Shown piece after piece: positions 59,728 through 64,000 of a stretch of 64,000 nt of DNA. The first letter of the stretch is position 1, and each line of letters opens with the position of its first letter. Source of the stretch: Felis catus (Eukaryota). The notes beneath the pieces are model-generated. The model was given only the letters and a program-made list of their open reading frames with translations, was not told where the DNA came from and made no database searches. The stretch covers positions 113,214,001 through 113,278,000 of the forward strand of contig NC_058368.1 in assembly GCF_018350175.1 (NCBI RefSeq), in the 5' to 3' direction. The position numbers and the translations under genes are program-made.

Positions 59728-61499
59728 ATGAATCGCCATTCATAGTTGGTAATTTGTATCCAGTTCAACCCACTCAATTTCAACATCCAAATCTGGGCAG
59801 TATTACATAGAATTTAAGTTTCTGTGTTTTTCAACACTTAAAGCACCAATACGTACATGTATGTTTTTACTCTTAAAGGTGAGATCAACTTATATTGTTA
59901 TTTAATGGGTCAGGAAGCCACAAAAGATGGGTGCAGGACCATGAATGCCAAGCTTGGGACCAGAGATCTATCTGATCCTGATGGTCTAGGACGTGCACAG
60001 AACCTGAGATTGCCTTTTTAGCTTGGGGGTGACAGGAGGTCACGGGCAACTTTCATTCATGATTAGGTAGGGGACCAGGAGTAGATAGGAGCCAAAGGCA
60101 GAGAAACGCGATATCTAATTAGTTACTTTGGTCTCAACACTGCTCCCTCTCCTGGACCAGAGTGCATGGTGACATGGGTATATGGACTAATGGGATGGAA
60201 GGAAGTGCCACACCCTTCTTGTGACAAAGGTGCAACAGTGCCTCCGGGGCTACTGTCATCTTGAGTAAGAGGGTAGAGGTTGGAGCTGGGATCGAAAACT
60301 CCCAACTGGGACTGAGGCCAGAATGGGATGGTCCTGAGTATGCCTGGAGCATGCATCGCCTGGCATCTTCACTTCCATGCTTCCAGTGGACAAACTGACA
60401 GAAGATCGGGATAGTGAAGCAGAGTCTAAGGAAGAAGTGCCTGCTGAAACCATAAAGGGTATCTTCAGCAATTCCAAACCCTGCCAGGTGCAGTGTTTCA
60501 CTCACTATTCTTTTCACCCTTTCGCTCGTGTAACTCACTCTAAGTTTATTTCCACTCTGGAAGCCTGGGGGCATGAATGGGTATAGTGACCCAGCAAGAA
60601 AAGAAAATGGTATCCAAGCCTCATGGGAACTCCGTGGGCTCAGAGAGGACATTGTGCCTGGCATAAAGATGAAATGGTAGCTACTATTTTACTGCTAGAA
60701 ACACTACTATCTTTGGTCCAAATTGTCTGTTTAGAAACCTAGTATCTACCAAGGCAGTATGACATAGCTGGAAATTTCCCTCTTCCCCTCCTAAATATCA
60801 TATAATCAACAACATAAGCAGAATAAAATCGTAAAGTCCATTTTTAGTTAAACTGCAAAACAGATATATAATCCCTAGCTTTGAACAATATAGCAGAAGC
60901 CACCCGCAGGGAAGTAAAATGTCCAAAGCCAATTAAAAAAATCAAAAACATGTTTATGATAGGCAAAGGGCTCCTCCTGAAGTCCGAGACCAGTATTTCC
61001 TGTCAAGCAAGGACTAAGGGACTGAAAGGAAAGGAGAGGGCACAGATCAAGCAGAAGTTGCACAGGAAGAAAAAACAAGAAAGCAGAAAAAGAGGAAAAT
61101 GGCTCAGAGCAGCAGGTCTCAGAAAATGCCGGCAAAATTGTCCTTCCTGTAGGCAAGAGGCTCACTCCAAAGTGCAGCTTCAGTTATAACAAGAGAACTG
61201 GAGAACTGAAACAGAGCTGTTCGGTAGAAACAGGAGAGACAGAATACACAGAGCAGCCATTTTAGCAGGAAACCCTCTTTCATGGGTGACTTAGGAAGCA
61301 AATTTGGATTGTGAGTCTACAAAGACCGATGGATTCCTCTCCTTCCATCTACTGGACTCTATGTGAAATAGGCAGACCAGTCAAGTCTAACTTATAACAA
61401 TTTTTTAATAACTTTTTTTTTAAAGATGCTGGCAAGTTTATACATACCCATACAAACACACATACACTGTAGAAAAGAGCAGTAAAACTTGGCACAGAA

Positions 61500-63930
61500 C
61501 ACTCAGCAGAAAAAAAAAAATGGAAAAGGTAAAAATGTGGAACAAGTATAACACCATGAATTAGAGTGAAACAATCACCTTTGTGAAGAAAGAAAATAAA
61601 ACAGTATACAAGGAATCAGAGAAGAGATGAAGAGACCCTGGAGGAAATGGCATGTGAGCATTTAGATCCCCAGCAAAAAGAAAAAAGAAAAAGAAAATCA
61701 TAAAAATGAAGGCACACTGAAAAATGCACAAAGGAATGCAGACACTGGAAAACTCAGTGAGAGAGAAGGATGTCAGAAATGACAGGAGAGAACAACATGA
61801 AAAGGAAAGAAATAAGGAATTATAAAGGATTAGAGAGTAAGGGCACCTGGGTGGCTCAATCAGTTGAGCATCTGACTCTTGATTTTTAGCTCAGGTCATG
61901 ATCTCATGGTTCGTGGGATCCAGCCTCGCATCCAGCTCTGTGCTGATGGCATAGGGTCTTCTTGGGATCCTGTCTCTCCCTCACTCTCTCTGCCCCTCCA
62001 TCTCCCTCCCTCTCTCTTTCTCTCTCAAAATAAATAAACAAACTTATATATAAAAAACAAAAACAAAAATCCACGGAGGATTAGAGAGCAAATGACAGTT
62101 ACAGAGAAGAGGCAAAGGGATGCCTACATGTGCATGATGGAAGCCTTTGAAGAAACAAGGGAAAACAATGCAACAGGGCATATATTTAAAATAGAATTTG
62201 TTAAACCATTTCTGAAATAAAACGAGATGAACCTACATATTGAAAAGGCACAGCATTAGCCAGAAAAACAACAACAACAACCTGGAATGGCCAGTACTAG
62301 GATTTTTTCTAATGATGTTACTGGATTTTAAAAATAAATATTGATCCAATAGCAGAAAAGATATCCATGGAACACATGAGAGAGAAAAAAAAAATAAGTC
62401 TGCCCTCAGATCTCAAATAGCAATATTCCAAGTCAGAATCTAGTGGAGCAACATCTAGAAGAAAGTCAGGAAAAAGTTGAACCAAAACTTTTGTATCCCC
62501 ATGAGCTAAGAATAAATGGTACAGAAAACTGGTTTTGAGCATACAGTGACTTGGGGAGAATGGTTTCCATGAGTCGTCCATAGGAGCTACTGGAGGACTC
62601 ACTGTGGTCAACTATGGAGAGGACTTGGGAAATGCAATTATTTATGAATGAACAAAGGTGGAGGAGATTAGGGTGAGAGATGAGAATGCAAAAAAGAAAA
62701 AAAAAAAGAGGAAGGGAAAAAGATGCACTGTATGGCTACTGTGCTGATTGCCTCATATACAGTAGTTCGGGGATCAGATAAAAGCATCAAAAAACGGGGC
62801 GCCTGTGTGGCTCAGTCGGTTAAGTGTCTCACTTCGGCTTAGGTCATGATTCACGGTCCGTGGGTTTGAGCCCCGCGTCGGGCTCTGTGCTGACAGCTCA
62901 GAGCCTGGAGCCTGCTTCAGATTCTGTTCTCTCTCTGTCTCTGCCCCTCCCCTGCTTGCACTCTGTCTCTCTCAAAAATAAACATTAAAAATTTCTTTTA
63001 AACATGAAAAAATGACAAATTAAGTAACAAAAGAGTGACTATATTTTATAGAACAAAGGGAAACTTTTAGAGGAAATTATATTAACTATTATCAAGTGAT
63101 AGAAGAAAGGGAGGTGAAGTGAAAATGGGAAAGAAAGAGGAAGAATCCTATTAATTTTATTGCCATTTAAAGTGGTAACATCCCTGAGTATCAGAAGAAT
63201 TATACACATGCCCTCCGTCCACACACAGAAAATAGTACACACAGTGAGGAAAAAAAAAATAAAGGAAAACAGAATCAGAAATAACAGAGGTGGTAGAACC
63301 AAACATAATTTTTTATATCAATAAATCTAAATGGCTTAAATTCAGCTCTTCAAAGCATAAGATTTTATTTTTACAGAGTCACAGAGGAAAACCCAACTCC
63401 ATACAGATTACAGAAGGCCTGTAGCAATGACAAAGTGATTCAGAAAGATTGCTACCTGTGTTTTGACCCCAAAATTCCACTTTGAGACTATAATCTACAA
63501 GTATGCACATATGCGTGTTTGAAGTAACATGTATACAGCTATCCATTACAGCATTATTTCCAATGGCAAAAGGCTAGAAGTAATTGAGATGTCCATGCTT
63601 ATATCAATGATAGTACATCTACCCGATGGAAAACTCTTAACAGCTATCTGTATAATATGCAAGGATCTCCAAGATACATTAAGTTAAAAAAGCAAAGTGT
63701 ATCAAAACTCCACTATCTGTGTTAAAAAGGGACCATAAGAATCTGAACCAGTGTTCACTTTGAGATGCAAGGAACTCTTTAAGGATGTACAATAAACTAA
63801 ATAAGAATGGCCTCTGCTTTATGGGGAGTAGGAGGTGGACAGACGGCAGCCAGGAACGGGAGGAAGAATTCCTGCACTCCTTGTAATACTCTTTGGTTGT
63901 GATGTGAATATACACCTCCTTGAAAAATTT
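61500..63930 (+). mobile_element. Ancient L1M/HAL1 remnants (ORF1-like and 3' end) with two + strand Can-SINEs (61841-62070, 62796-62992)
   Basis: A-rich ORF1-like motifs (acctacatattgaaaaggcac, ttactggattttaaaaataaa, ctgccctcagatctc) and L1 3' motifs near 63450-63700. Confidence 0.6.
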
Positions 63931-64000
63931 AAGTCTGTTTCCTTGTGTGTCTCCCCCACTAAGCTGTGTGCTCCCTGCATCTCCTTGGCACTGAGCTCAA

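Noticed and set aside
60134..60664. 176-aa ORF, among the longest in the window, with overlapping ORFs
   Set aside because: No recognisable domain, not SPOCK1 sequence and no exon context; possibly an old LTR, which I cannot support.
48903..64000. Further upstream SPOCK1 exons (Kazal/follistatin region)
   Set aside because: No matching sequence found by eye; treated as intron.
1..64000. CRISPR arrays, prokaryotic operons, rRNA/snoRNA genes
   Set aside because: The sequence is mammalian; no regularly spaced repeats or recognisable structural RNA genes were seen.

Overview
Mammalian genomic DNA, almost certainly from a felid: it carries many near-identical SINEC_Fc-type Can-SINEs and carnivore-type L1 3' ends. 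The right half holds the 3' part of SPOCK1 (testican-1) on the minus strand: five coding exons (48786-48902, 45045-45266, 39232-39294, 33857-33994, 33208-33398) with GT-AG sites and a ~3.25-kb repeat-free 3' UTR ending at an AATAAA near 29973. Upstream exons were not found in the window. The left ~29 kb is mostly nested L1s, ~11 SINEs, L2/MIR and hAT-Charlie fossils. It also holds a decayed, 5'-deleted class I endogenous retrovirus (22738-26193: integrase remnant, ERV3-like env, PPT, 3' LTR). The most unusual signals are in this ERV: a reconstructable ~71-aa two-hydrophobic-segment ORF between pol and env, and an integrase whose halves abut across a missing catalytic core and may come from different ERV1 lineages. 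Repeat family names and most repeat boundaries are by eye and approximate. Exon numbering follows my recollection of the human gene.
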